Assembly: GCA_964035545.1 (NCBI GenBank)
Contig: OZ037770.1
Span: 6,706,729 to 6,770,728, forward strand
Source: Bugula neritina
Taxonomy: Eukaryota; Animalia; Bryozoa
DNA: 64,000 bases
Reading direction: 5' to 3'
Below the pieces are notes generated by a model. It was not told the DNA's origin. It saw nothing but the letters and a program-made list of their open reading frames with translations, and did not search any database. Positions within the stretch are counted from its first letter, which is position 1, and each line of letters begins with the position of its first letter. The position numbers were made by a program, and so were the translations under genes. This document shows positions 51,774 to 64,000 of this stretch, one piece after another.

Positions 51774-53714
51774 TAAATCCAGATCTAGAAATAGCATGTA
51801 ATGAGATAGGAGAAAATTTCAAGCAATGTGTTCCAAGTTTAAATCACTTACTATTGTTTGTTTCTGTGCTGCTCTCTGTAATCACTACTCATTCTCATTC
51901 ATGTAATTGAGAGTATCATTTTGTTGACAGCGAAAGTAGACTGGAGTAGGTAAGTGACCAGCTTGCTGGCGTAAACACTTCTCATGTCTGTCTGTACCTC
52001 TGTTTATTTCTCTGTACTCTGCACTTGGCACTTCCTCAGTCTTCTTTACATATTCTTTGTATTTTTTCGCGGTGAAGGAGAGTTTGAGAGATGTGGTAAC
52101 AATCATCTTGGGCTGGTGAAGTAATGTCTGCTTAAACGTATTCGATTTTTGTATTGTTGTACTTGAGGCGCACTAATTTTGTTCGCTCTACTACTTAGGC
52201 CTACTCACTCTAACACTAAATACTCACTATGGTACTATTCACTCACTATAATACTATATACTCATTATACTACTATATAGTATACACTTACTATCACACT
52301 ATGTACTCACTATTTAAATACTATGTACTCACTCTATTCCTTATTACTAGGTAATTTACTTGTGGCATCATTTCTTGAAAACTTTATGCCCACAATATTT
52401 TTTTCTAGTTTGTTTGTATTGAATTGGAGTTATCTTTTCAGCCTTTTGGATATAAACCCTTAAATTCTATGAATTGAATTGATTTTCGTTTTATTTAATA
52501 AGTTTTATAACTATTAGTTATTAACTAATGATAAAAACGCCTATATACAGTGGCAAACACAATAATTGTTGAAACTAGCCATAAAAACAGGCAGACACCT
52601 TGAGATGCATCTTAAATAATTTAAATAATATTTCAACAGGATAATGTTCATTGAGAGTGTGGAGTAGTGATTCATGTTGTTTTGTTCAAATCTACATCAG
52701 ATTCCACTGAAATCTACTAGTTTTTTCTTATTTGTCTTGTGACCAATACAAGCTGTACATTATAGAACCCACTCTATACATACTAGAGTAGGGAACCCAT
52801 TCTGTACATACTAGAGTAGGGGGACCCATTCTATACATACTAGAGTAGGGAGGGGGTCGTCTATATATAAACATACAATACATTTCCTTATATTGCAAGC
52901 ATAGAAAAGTCACTTTTAGGTGAATTGGTGATGTTGTCATTTTCTGTCAAATATTAAAAAAACTAAAATTGCATGCCTTCTATTTTCATTGACTATATAT
53001 AACATACTGATCATACATTTGATACCATATAAACTAAAAGCTTGTTTTTCTCATTAGATATAACAATACTTGTAAATTTATGCTGTTTATACAATGCTGG
53101 ACGGCATTAATACAGAGGGACGCTTCTTCTACCCCTTCTCCATCCACCCGTCAAAATATTATAGAGTAAGCTAGTATTCGGTTGATCATGACCAACTCAA
53201 TGAACTGGACCTCTTATTCTGAATCAAGTCTAAAGAATTTTCAGTTTCCTTGTACATCTAATGGAGCAGAATTACAAATTGCAGCTCAACTTGAACACAC
53301 CTACTATAAACGCTATAAGATATCATGACACATTCCACCCACTTATTAATCACAGAATAGTCCTGTAACATTTCCTTCAACTACAATATGCCTCTGGAAA
53401 AATGATACAATTTGTAGATTTATTCAACTGAAAACTATAACCTGAAAAACAAGTCAATACATTCTAAGGATTCTGTCCCTCTTTCCACTAAATGGTGAAA
53501 TGAAAGCAACTGGTACTCATTGCTCTTGTCTGTGCTGATTTGTTTACAAAAGCTGTAGAGGTCTAAGACTGCTAACTCAAAAAATACCTAAGTATAATCT
53601 GCTTCATGTGTAACAGATGTCGACTGTGAATAACAAGGAAATACTGTTGGCATTTTTTCATTCCTAATTTTTTGCATTCATATGGGTCATATTTAATCCT
53701 GGTCAATACTTGCA

Positions 53715-54105
53715 GTTAGTAGTACTCATAGTTAGTAGTACTCACAGTTAGTTGTACTCACAGTCAGTAGTACTCACAGTTAGTAGTACTCACAGTCAGT
53801 AGTACTCACAGTTAGTAGTACTCATAGTTAGTAGCAGCCACAGTTAGTAGTACTACTCACAGTTATTAGTACTCATAGTTAGTAGTACTCACAGTTGGTA
53901 GTACTCACAGTTAGTAGTACTCACAGTTAGTAGTACCCACAGTTAGTAGTACTCACAGTTAGTAGTACTCACAGTTAGTATTACTCATAGTTAGTAGCAG
54001 CCACAGTTAGTAGTACTACTCAGTTATTAGTACTCATAGTTAGTAGTACTCATAGTTAGTAGTACTCACAGTTAGTAGTACTCATAGTTAGTAGCAGCCA
54101 CAGTT
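53715..54105. repeat. 16-bp minisatellite (AGTTAGTAGTACTCAC) x~24
   Basis: Tandem array downstream of the Regnase stop codon; minus-strand unit GTGAGTACTACTAACT. Confidence 0.95.
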
Positions 54106-54856
54106 GTGGTAAAGTTATATATGCAATGTTAACACTTCTTCTAGCACTCATTTTCAATTCAGGAGTAGTTTTACTACAAATAACTTTTCAGTCCCACTCC
54201 CCCACACTCACATGCCTACACACCACTTGAGCATTCTGTATGTGCAACCACTTTGATATCTCACCAAGCTAACAAGTTTCTTAGTTCTGTTACCTCATAC
54301 CATAACTGATAACTTTGTATTATACAAGATTTCTGTATGACTTTCACATTTTGTGTTTTAGAGAGCTGACTATTGAGTAATATGAAGACTATTAGTTAAT
54401 AAAGTGGTGTGATCACTGGACTAAATGAGCAGGGGAAGAAAACTCACTTCAACTGCATAAATTCCTTATTCCACAATAATTATTAAATTGGAATGTAAAA
54501 TGAGGCTTGGTGGTTATTTTTATAAAAAGTTGTTAAGTTTTGTTTAGATTTCAAACATGTGTATACTTATAGCAATGTAGTATGTTGAAGCGAACTTAAA
54601 AGTGATAACATCTCTGTTAGTCATGTTTCTATTGTATTGTATAAGAAAATATATGATTATTATTTATACTTTTTATCATAATACTGAATTATAAATATAT
54701 TAATACAGACTCCACAATACTCCATCGAAATGTTGAGCATAAAAAAGATACTGATCACACCAAATTTCAACACAGCTGGTATAATCCCAATTGTTTTAAT
54801 GAGCAACAAATTTGAATCTCAAGTTTAAAATAATAGAACATGTTATGACTCTGAAG

Positions 54857-57800
54857 TTATTTAATTTTTTTCACCTCCTCAATTATTAGAATGACATCCG
54901 TTTCATGTGGTAACCTGCGCATGGCTTCCCGAACTTTGTTCTCTTCAAACAGACCCCTTAAATGATAGTAAAGTTTATTTCTGACAGCAGAGTTTTCCCT
55001 AGTCGCCTGGTTATCGGTATGAAACATCAGTGCTCCTGGATTGGGGCTGCCGTGGCTGATGAATGTATTCCCGGGAATTCTCGAAGATGCCATCTGATTG
55101 GTTAGAATGTTCATATTGGAATTTTGATTGGGTGGCATTGGGTTTAACCCAATGTTACCAGGAGACTTCTGAAAATGTGGTAAAGAGTCTCTGGGTAGAG
55201 TAGTGGGTGGAAGTGAGTGTGGCCGGCTGTGAACGACCATGTGGGTGGTACTTGGGTAAGTGCAACTGCTCTCTCTCTTCAATGGAACTCTTTGTGGCCC
55301 CACTTGTTTCTGCACCTTGGGTATTTGCTCCGAGAGAGAATCCCCAGCACTTCTGGAGAGTAGAGGTAAGTGATTCTGTGTGACAGAGGGGTGATTACTA
55401 AACCCAGCTAAACGGGGTTCCGAAGTCGGGAAACCAGTTGCCATCTTGTTAAACAATGGCTGTGCTTGAAGGCTAAACTGAATGTTATTGTTCTCAGTCA
55501 CTGTAGAAGCTGCAATCCTAAAAGCAATCACAAAAAATATTAAGTGACAGTTTCCACATGTGACTGTGTAGCAGCTAAAGGGCAGTCAATGATGGCAGGC
55601 GGAGGAAATGAAACAAATATTCACTCAACAATTAACATAGCTATTAGTTGCCATGGTAACTGATGACAAGAAATACCTCAAGTATGAGGAAACTGGTTTG
55701 GCAAAGTAGAAACATTAGAAATATAATTTATAAATTACCAGAAATACTGATGGAAGTAGCTAGTACTTACTCTCTTTGTCTGGTGACTATAGACACCTCA
55801 TCCAATATGGCCGACTCCTCTCTTTCAGGGTGCGAGTAACGACATTTAGACCCGTATGTACATTTCCTACCATACGGACAACTTCCTGTTTTTGTATCTA
55901 AAGCATCATTTCGTAAAAATTGTTCAAGTGTTGGTCCTTTTCTACCCATTGGGTCATCGGCTGGAATGAACCTGAAAAAAAAAACAAGATTCAAGTACAA
56001 TAGTCACAGTACGGTAGTCACAGTACAATGGTCACATTAGGGGTAACGGTCATAGGGGTACATAAAGCCGGTCAAATTGTGAGAGAACTTATTGACTTAG
56101 AGTTGTGATTTTTTAAATAAAAAGGTAGTCATGACATAATCATTCAGCCATTGTAGTTTCAACACTTGCGGAGCATATGTGTTGAAGAAGCGAGTCAAAA
56201 ATTGTTTTTACCTCCTTTTTGTAAATTTTTTAAGATGTTAAAACTTTATAACTTTTTACACTCAAAGGTAACAAGCCTAGATTTTACTGATATTGTTGCC
56301 ATTGCTTGTCTCTACATTGCTTAACTAGTATAATAGCAAACTCTAAAATAAATTTTCCTTGAGCCACAATTATTTTCAACTTGGCCACACAGGGCACAAT
56401 GGGTCACCTAATCATTTCGCCCTGATCACTGTTATTGTTTGTTTGTCCAAAAAAAATAGTTGAAATGTTAATAAAATCTATAGATATAGCCATTTCTGAC
56501 CTTTTTGTAAAATATCAAAGACACCATGGTAAGACTACCAAACTACAAGGTGAAGCTCCCCGAATATATACGTCTGGTGAGGTTATATAGCTTTGCCATT
56601 TTAAATATACATCATACAAAACACTCTGCTGTTGCTACTAATGAATAGTCATGACATTCATTATAGATTATATCATTGAGGGAATATACATGTATTTGAC
56701 TAAAATATATTGTGATTTGCTCATCCCCCCCCCTTTCGCACTCTAGCCACAATCTTCAGTCACCTTCAGTTCATAGAAAAAAGTTAACCCGGAATTTTGT
56801 AGCACATGTTACTTAAGTTTTTTCTCATGAAAGTTACTATGAAGTGGAAATAAAAAAAACATTGTTAGTTCTAAACAGTAATGATAATGGCACGGTAGAA
56901 ATGAGTGATGTGCATTTGATTTTGCCTCCCCTGCTATCTGTGGTGGCACAAAATGTACAGCTAAAACATGATTTTTGATATAGATCTAAAAGAGTATTGT
57001 TATTTAATTGTGTATATTAAATAAATTACTGTTACCGTTACCCCTACAATAGAAAAAGTACAATAGTCACAGTATGCTAGTCACAGTATGCTAGTTACTC
57101 TATGGTAGTCACAGTATAATGGAGTAGAAGTTGATGGTAGAAAAGTTGAAGATTTATCTTAAAGAGATGATAATTAAGACTAATCTCCAAGTAATACATT
57201 TGGTGACAGGATGAGCCATGAATGCACATCCCATTTCCTTGAGGTACTGCCATAGTTTCCTTATATCTTAATAATAGCTGTAGATGGATATCACCTTACA
57301 CTCCATATCATAGTATTATTATGATCCTAACTATACTGTAAAAATGATAATATAAGTTTACTGTATAGTTGCCTCAAGCCAGGTGTTGCTGCAATCAACA
57401 GCTGTTCAAACTCATTCAACCGTATAACTGGACTGGTAAAACATTAACAGAGGTTTTAACAATTATACTGCATAGCTTATTAGGTATGCTACAAGAGTGT
57501 AAGTGTAAGTGTAAGTGTAAATAGATGAAGTGCACTATATGACTCATGATATAACAGGACCAGAATGCCATTCTGGGTCACAAAAACGGAATTCCCATCA
57601 ACTACACTGTATTAAGTGCTGGACAAAACCGTGGGTTTTTGCTACTAGAATTTGGTGAGTTTATTTATTGAATGAAGGGGAAATATTTTAAGGAGCCTGA
57701 ATTAATCTGTATTTATTTGCGGTAACCAATTCTAAAAATTCAAAATAATTAACTTACCAACAGGCAAAATAAGACATTTAAAAAGAAATCTCATTTCCAG

Positions 57801-60696
57801 AAAACAAAGTGATTACTGGTTACGAAAATTATCTTGAAGCTCTCTATCTAGCTCAAGAAACAATTGACTAGAAAATGTTTCAAGTTGGTAATAAAATAGT
57901 ATTGATTTCTTAGTTCATGGAGATGAGTACAAACAACACAAGTTCCTGCCAGCAGACAGTTTCTAAATTTCATTTGGCATTTGTTATTACAGAAGTGATT
58001 CCACTGCAAACATTTTACCAGCAATAATGTTAATAGCTGAGAAATTGTTTGAACAGCTAATATTAAATAGTAAAATGCAAGTATATAGTTGCCATTGCTG
58101 CTATGAGTATACCATAAAGGTTTGCTTGGCATTCTGAGGTTATAGAAAGTGAACCCTACTTGTTTTGGTAAATACTCAAATTAACTACTACTCTACAAGC
58201 TCAAATTAGACACTAGAAGGTTTAATTTATAGTAGAGGAAACTGTGGTAGGTGAAGAAACAGCCCGACTATGCCACATATCACATGCACTGGAGTCCAAG
58301 ACTAAGTAATAGACAATAGTAAATTATGATGACATAGGGCAGCAAAGGTTAAAGTTGACTACATACTTGTCACCAGCAAACATGTAGGTAAGCAGTCTAT
58401 GTCTTATGGTCTCCCTGAAGCCTGCGTCTTCATTGATTAGGTCTTTATACTTGTCGTTAGAGAGAACAACAGCTTTGTCCTCACTGGCACACTTTAATAT
58501 GAACCTATCATCATAGCATGTCACTCTACTTCCTCTAGAATTCTCTGTGCTCGGAGTGAAGAAAGCTATTCCTTGGTCACCCAGCTCATGGAGTATATCC
58601 ACATCTGTCAAGTTCATTCGCACACTTAGATTTCTAGTATTACAAAACACATGACAACTAACATATAACTCATTACCTACTCTATAAACTCACTAACTAC
58701 TCTATAAACTCACTAACTACTCTATAAATAAACTAACTACTCTACTAACTACTCTATAAACTAACTACTCTATAAACCCACTAACTACTCTATAAACTAA
58801 CTACTCTATAAACTAACTAACTACTCTATAAACTAACTACTCTATAAACTAACTAACTACTCTATAAACTAACTACTCTATAAACTAACTAACTACTCTA
58901 TAAACTAACTACTCTACTAACTACTCTATTAACTACTCTATAAACCCACTCACTACTCTATAAACTAACTACTCTATTAACTACTCTATAAACTCACTAA
59001 CTACTCTATAAACTAACTAACTACTCTATAAACTAACTACTCTACTAACTACTCTATAAACTCATAGAATGAAGTAGATTATGTAGAACCAAACATAACA
59101 GATGCCTGACAAAACCAGAAAATACATACTACAGGAAGAGTCACCTACCTCTATTTCTTCCCTTAGCCTCTTTCCTGTGCTCTGGAACGAACACTTTAAC
59201 ATTGGGGTGCCCCCTTTGCAGAAACCAGTCCACAGCTATCTTTATCCCTCTATTGGAAAAGCACTGTTCTTTGTTTCCATGGCTAAAAATAAATTGGAGT
59301 TTTAAGTAACTAGCAGTATTTAGAGGTGTAGTACCAACAGCTAGTGGTACTCACATCTAGTGGTACTCCCAGTTAGTAGTACCTACAGTTAATAGTACCT
59401 ACAGTTAGTAGTACCTACAGTTAGCAGTACCTACAGTTAGTAGTACCTGCAGTTAATAGTACCTACAGTTAGTAGTACCTACAGTTAGCAGTACCTACAG
59501 TTAGTAGTACTCCCAGTTAGTAGTATCTACAGTTAATAATACCTACAGTTAGGAGTACCTACAGTTAGTAGTACCTACAGTTAGTAGTACCTACAGTTAG
59601 TAGTACTTACAGTTAGTAGTACCTACAGTTAGGAGTACCTACAGTTAGTAGTAGGCCTACAGTTAGCAACTAGGCTTAATTATGTGAAATTTCTGCAGAT
59701 AATAGAAAGTCTATTGTTTGATGAATAGCTACTGCCTAGCAGAACTGCTGTCAGTGTCAATACAAGGAAATGAGGAAATGGCTGACCTCACCCAGGCATT
59801 CATCTAACAGAAACATGTTGACATTTGACAGGCTTGCTAACATCTGCCACTTACAAATTTTCACTAAGATTGACTATATAAAAATTGTCTTTAATTATGC
59901 AGCTAACACTGGTCGGTAAATCTGACTTAACTCATACTACTACTACTGTTAGTCCTTTTACTACCACCACTGCTTGTTAGAGAAAGGGATTATACAATTT
60001 TGTTACTGCTGTCGTTACTGCTGCTGTTGTTACTGCTGTTGTTAGCGTAGGGCCACACTGTGTGTGGCAGGTCACTTTTGGAACGGGTTTTCTCGCAATT
60101 TAGACCCACGCAGAGAATCTTGAGTCGTGTGGCCTTACGCTTACTGCTGCTGTTACTGCTGCTGTTACTGCCGCTAACTCTACCACTACATCTACCACTA
60201 CATCTACCACTACATCTACCACTACATCTACCACTACATCTACCACTACATCTACCACTACTACTACTATTACATCTACCACTACATCTACCACTACTAC
60301 TACTATTACAACTCACGTCATGGCAACATTACTCCCATCTATCACAATGTTTCTGAGATTCAAGCGAATTTCTCTTGGCTTAGGTAGCAGCACTAGTTGG
60401 TTATGCAATGCATTAGTATCCAAGGAGCCCTCAGTCCTAACAGCTATCAGTTGGAGCAAAAAGTTGTTGATATCCACAGGAAGTATGGTTCTCTGGAGGG
60501 CCTGGTTGAACTCCTGCTCTGTGAACTCTTTCCGCATGGCAAACTGATGGAGCAGGTCTGTGGAAGAAATGCAATCATTTCTAGGACCACTAGAACTGTC
60601 AGGGTAGCCTTGATGTTCTGTGACATGAGTAGCAGGTGGTTTGCTCTCTTTAGATAGACTTCTTGGTGCTGGCACAGGCTTCTTGAGAGACTTCAT
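54857..60696 (-). CDS. ZC3H12: Regnase/MCPIP (ZC3H12-family) NYN/PIN endoribonuclease with CCCH zinc finger, ~537 aa
   Basis: Exons 60696-60317, 59282-59149, 58604-58367, 55971-55771, 55517-54857 (1614 nt). UBA-like N-domain, '[16 protein letters not shown]', 'CYDDRFI', '[10 protein letters not shown]', '[13 protein letters not shown]', CCCH '[17 protein letters not shown]', C-terminal '[18 protein letters not shown]'. The frame is open to the upstream acceptor (~60714), so an earlier start is possible. Confidence 0.95.
56040..57044. mobile_element. Non-autonomous TA-targeting (pogo/Tc1-type) element, ~1.0 kb, in Regnase intron
   Basis: TIR GGGGTAACGGT at both ends; TA at 56038-56039 and 57045-57046; it splits a short gtcacagta repeat tract. 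Confidence 0.75.
58670..59063. repeat. 16/20-bp minisatellite (AACTAACTACTCTATA) in Regnase intron
   Basis: Tandem variant units. Confidence 0.93.
59340..59667. repeat. 16-bp minisatellite (AGTTAGTAGTACCTAC) x~19 in Regnase intron
   Basis: Minus-strand unit GTAGGTACTACTAACT; ends ~60 nt before the acceptor at 59283. Confidence 0.95.
60000..60310. repeat. 12-bp (ACTACATCTACC)n and CTG-rich repeats with an ~86-bp GGCCACAC mini-element at ~60050-60135
   Basis: Directly adjacent to the Regnase donor at 60316. Confidence 0.8.
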
Positions 60697-63099
60697 TGTC
60701 TTCACTCTCGTCTCTAGGAAGTGAAATGAAAGAAATCACTCAATTGCAGTAGCACTGCCTACTGCTAACTCCACAGGTCTAAACTCAACTTCAAGTTCAA
60801 CTGTTCAACTGAAACTTTGTTTACTTGTGACTGCCAACATAAATACTATTGACACAATAATACCTAGGCTATACCTATAAGCCCACCATACAAATACCTA
60901 TAACTATAAGCCCACCTTACAAATAGTAATACAGATGCTCATTTTCATTAGTTACAAGAAGGATTTAAAAATCATGAAATTTCTGTTTTAAGGCATAATT
61001 TTTACTTCAGTCTTAGGCCTAAGGCTAGACATAGCACAAATCAGTGTCAAAATGCAAGTCAGCAATGGGGCACTGCTAGTCCACTCAACAAGTGCACCAT
61101 ATTTCAACTTCATTGGCACTATTACCACTGATCATGATAGTTGCACATACTCTTAGAAATTTAATTTTATACAGATTAAAATGCAGTTAGCTCTACTAAC
61201 TGCTCCAATAAGCAACAGTATTATATGCACTGATGTTTTAGGACTATTGATAAAAAAGTCAATATAATCAACAAGTAATGGCATAAAATTATCAGTATCA
61301 CTATGAGTATGTACTATCTACTTCTAGTAATAATGTAATTGCTGATTGATCACTAATATAAATATATATTACCATAATCATAAATTTTATATTCAGACTA
61401 GTTAGTAGCTACGCTTGAAGTTAATGAGCTATTCTAGACTGGTAAACTAAATTTCATCATTCATGAATAAGGTTAAAATAGCTACTACTAAATTTAATTA
61501 ATTCAATTAATATCAAATATCAATTTCATATTCTAAAACTCAAAGTAAGTTTCACTTACACTACAGTGACACTGGCTGTGACACACTGCAATTGATTTAA
61601 TGTAAGTGTTACACTAGCAGTCACTACCTAGTGTAACAATCCAATCAAATGACAATAGGATCAGTGAGAGGTCACATGTAAATCACTATTATAGTTACAC
61701 TTACTGTTAGATCTTGATGATAATTATTAATGATCAATGATTAATGACAGTGATTACTGTTGCAGTTAGCTTAAATTACAATTATAACATTATGATACTC
61801 TTAAAACATTGTTTGATTTTGTCAGTAAAAACACTTAGACTTTCAGTGCTACTGATAGTAACAGTGAATGTAATACTATCACTATGAGTTATGACTGTAT
61901 AAGTATAACAATAACATTAACTTATAGTGTAAATATAAGTATGCGGCGTATATTTATAACCAAAAATAAGTCTAATAGTAATACTAAGACTTTGACTAAT
62001 ACTAATACTAATAGCAATTTATAATACTAATTATAATAACAATGACTATTACTATTAGTTTAGTATTACATTTAGTTTTACTATGAATAACAAAGAGTGT
62101 TTAATTTCAGTTAAGTAATTAGATTTAGTATTACTAGTAGACTTACCCTTAGTATTATCAACTATTACTGTTACTTTTACTGTTAGTATTACTATTACTA
62201 TTAGTATTAGTATATTGATGTTCATATTGCCATGCCTATAGTGATAACTGATAGTGATAGGGCTAGGAGTAGGAATACTGATATTCATTATTGATAATAA
62301 TATTCTAATTTATATTCATATGCAATTTCATACTCATACTCATACTTTGTCTTTGACTTTCACTCGGTCACGGTACCAAGAGGAAGAGTAAGCTTAGAAG
62401 TTAGAGCTAAAGCTATAACTAATACTGTAATACTAATAGTAATACTAATAGTAATACTAATAGTAATAGTTATACTTACACTTACAGCATTGCATTAGGC
62501 TTAGCTTTGGGCTCACTCTATAACTTAACTCATAACTAAAAGTAAAACTATAACTATAAGTTTAAGTATTACTATTACATTTACTGCATAAGTTACCTAA
62601 TAAGTGTATTAGTAGGAGAGTATCAGTATTACTATTACTTATTACTTATTAGTATGAGTATCACTATGACTATCAGTATTACTATCAGTATCATAATCAT
62701 TAGACTATCACAGTGACAGTATGACTAGTCACCATGAGTATCACTATCAGTATGAGTATCACTCACACTGTGACTGTATCTGTATAACATCAACAGCACC
62801 AACTTATTCCTATTAATTCTAGCTAAAATTTCAATGTTTACAATAACAACCATGAATAAATACTAACAGATACGACGTGCCAAGTCATACAGCTGCAATT
62901 ACAATTTCCACAATAACATTGCTATAACTATAAGAATAAGCACTTATAATTATTTCCCTACGGAGGTCAGTAATGCGTGGTAGATGCTATATTATACATA
63001 GTACTGCAAATCTTTTAGCCTAAGAGCTGTACATTAAAATGCAACTATTGGAAGCTTTGAACAACTCGATTCTAATTTAATATAATTCTGGCGCAGATT

Positions 63100-63200
63100 T
63101 TTAGGTTACTGTAGTAAAAGTTTTGATTGGCTAATAATCGTCTAATCAGGTCGTCGTTTATCGCTTTGCAGACCACAAAAAATTTCGTAGCCAATAAAAG
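63100..63200 (-). promoter_or_regulatory. Candidate Regnase promoter region
   Basis: Local CpG enrichment with CCAAT/ATTGG boxes (~63126, ~63191) upstream of the period-6 tract and the first coding exon. Position is inferred. Confidence 0.3.
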
Positions 63201-64000
63201 TTGAGCAATTCACAATAATAATTAGTAGTAACTAATTGAATGGCAACTAAACCCATAACAAATAGCAGGAAATTGGTAAATGAATCAATAGTTTCAAACA
63301 CAGGATATTAACTATTATATTTTCAATTACATCATGGATAGCTGCAAGTTGTAACACATACAGTGATTACACAAGTACAGTTCTGCATATTATATTATTA
63401 AGTTAATTTATATCCCTGTTGAATATACTTTATGATGTCACTGTTATATTAAAAATTTTTTATGCAAATGATTGTGAGCTCATCATGAACATAAGGAAAC
63501 AGAGCTCATAAACGTCTAAACTAAAATTACTTATCATACAATTTCTATATCTGCTAAAACAAGACTAATCAGTTATGAGCTAAAACACAGTGCATGCAGC
63601 TGATTGCAAAGCCCAGCAGCTTTTATTCAGCATCTACCTTTGGCTCAGCCAATGACTTATTCTTCAGAAATGAGAATTTTAAATCCAAAAATCATTAATT
63701 TAGAATCTGGGCCTGACTCCATGAGCAAATCCAGGAAGTATTTTATGAATTGATATTTCTGCTATAGCTACTATTGCAATGCACATGTTTTATCTAGAGT
63801 TATTGCTGTAAGGTTACACTTGCTACTGCAATGCACATTTTTAGCTAGAGTTGTTACGGTGAGGTTACAAATGTTTGGACTTATGGATAATTAGCCGCAT
63901 GCGACATGGAAACCGTATAGACATGCGTACAGTTGTGAGAGCACAACCCCAATAAATGTTCACCTGGCCAAATATTAACAATAATATAATATAAATCCTG

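Noticed and set aside
53340-53365. Roquin/Regnase CDE-like stem-loop (UUCUGUGAU) on the minus strand
   Set aside because: The stem is only 2-3 bp before a mismatch, and it lies beyond the first canonical poly(A) signal.
58605-58650. N-terminal extension '[15 protein letters not shown]' of the Regnase ORF-track segment
   Set aside because: The phase of the upstream exon only fits the acceptor at 58605, so the extension is intronic.
59990-60356. CSGR / LPLH / VVVD repeat ORFs
   Set aside because: 12-bp intronic repeat next to the Regnase donor site.

Overview
AT-rich animal (invertebrate-like) genomic DNA with GT-AG introns. No prokaryotic features, CRISPR array, rRNA or tRNA were seen. Bases ~1-25,000 are a dense set of mostly decayed transposons, all coding on the minus strand: a LINE tail, a TIR-complete mariner with a dead catalytic triad inserted in one copy of a local duplication, two Mutator-like elements, a Harbinger/ISL2EU-type transposase, Tc1, Penelope-like RT, BEL/Pao, an internally deleted pogo and a Copia with 5' LTR and PBS. 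Bases ~27,000-63,000 hold four host genes reconstructed exon by exon: a 14-exon single-pass membrane protein with a Tyr-rich tail that I do not recognise (+), a secreted two-Kunitz protein with an atypical second domain (+), ArfGAP2/3 (+) and a convergent Regnase/ZC3H12 RNase (-). Their introns carry MITEs and many minisatellites. The most unusual signals are 16-bp arrays in the Regnase transcript whose unit joins a splice-donor motif to the branchpoint/STAR motif TACTAAC, the adaptor-like membrane protein, and a period-6 palindrome-rich sequence class found just downstream of promoters.
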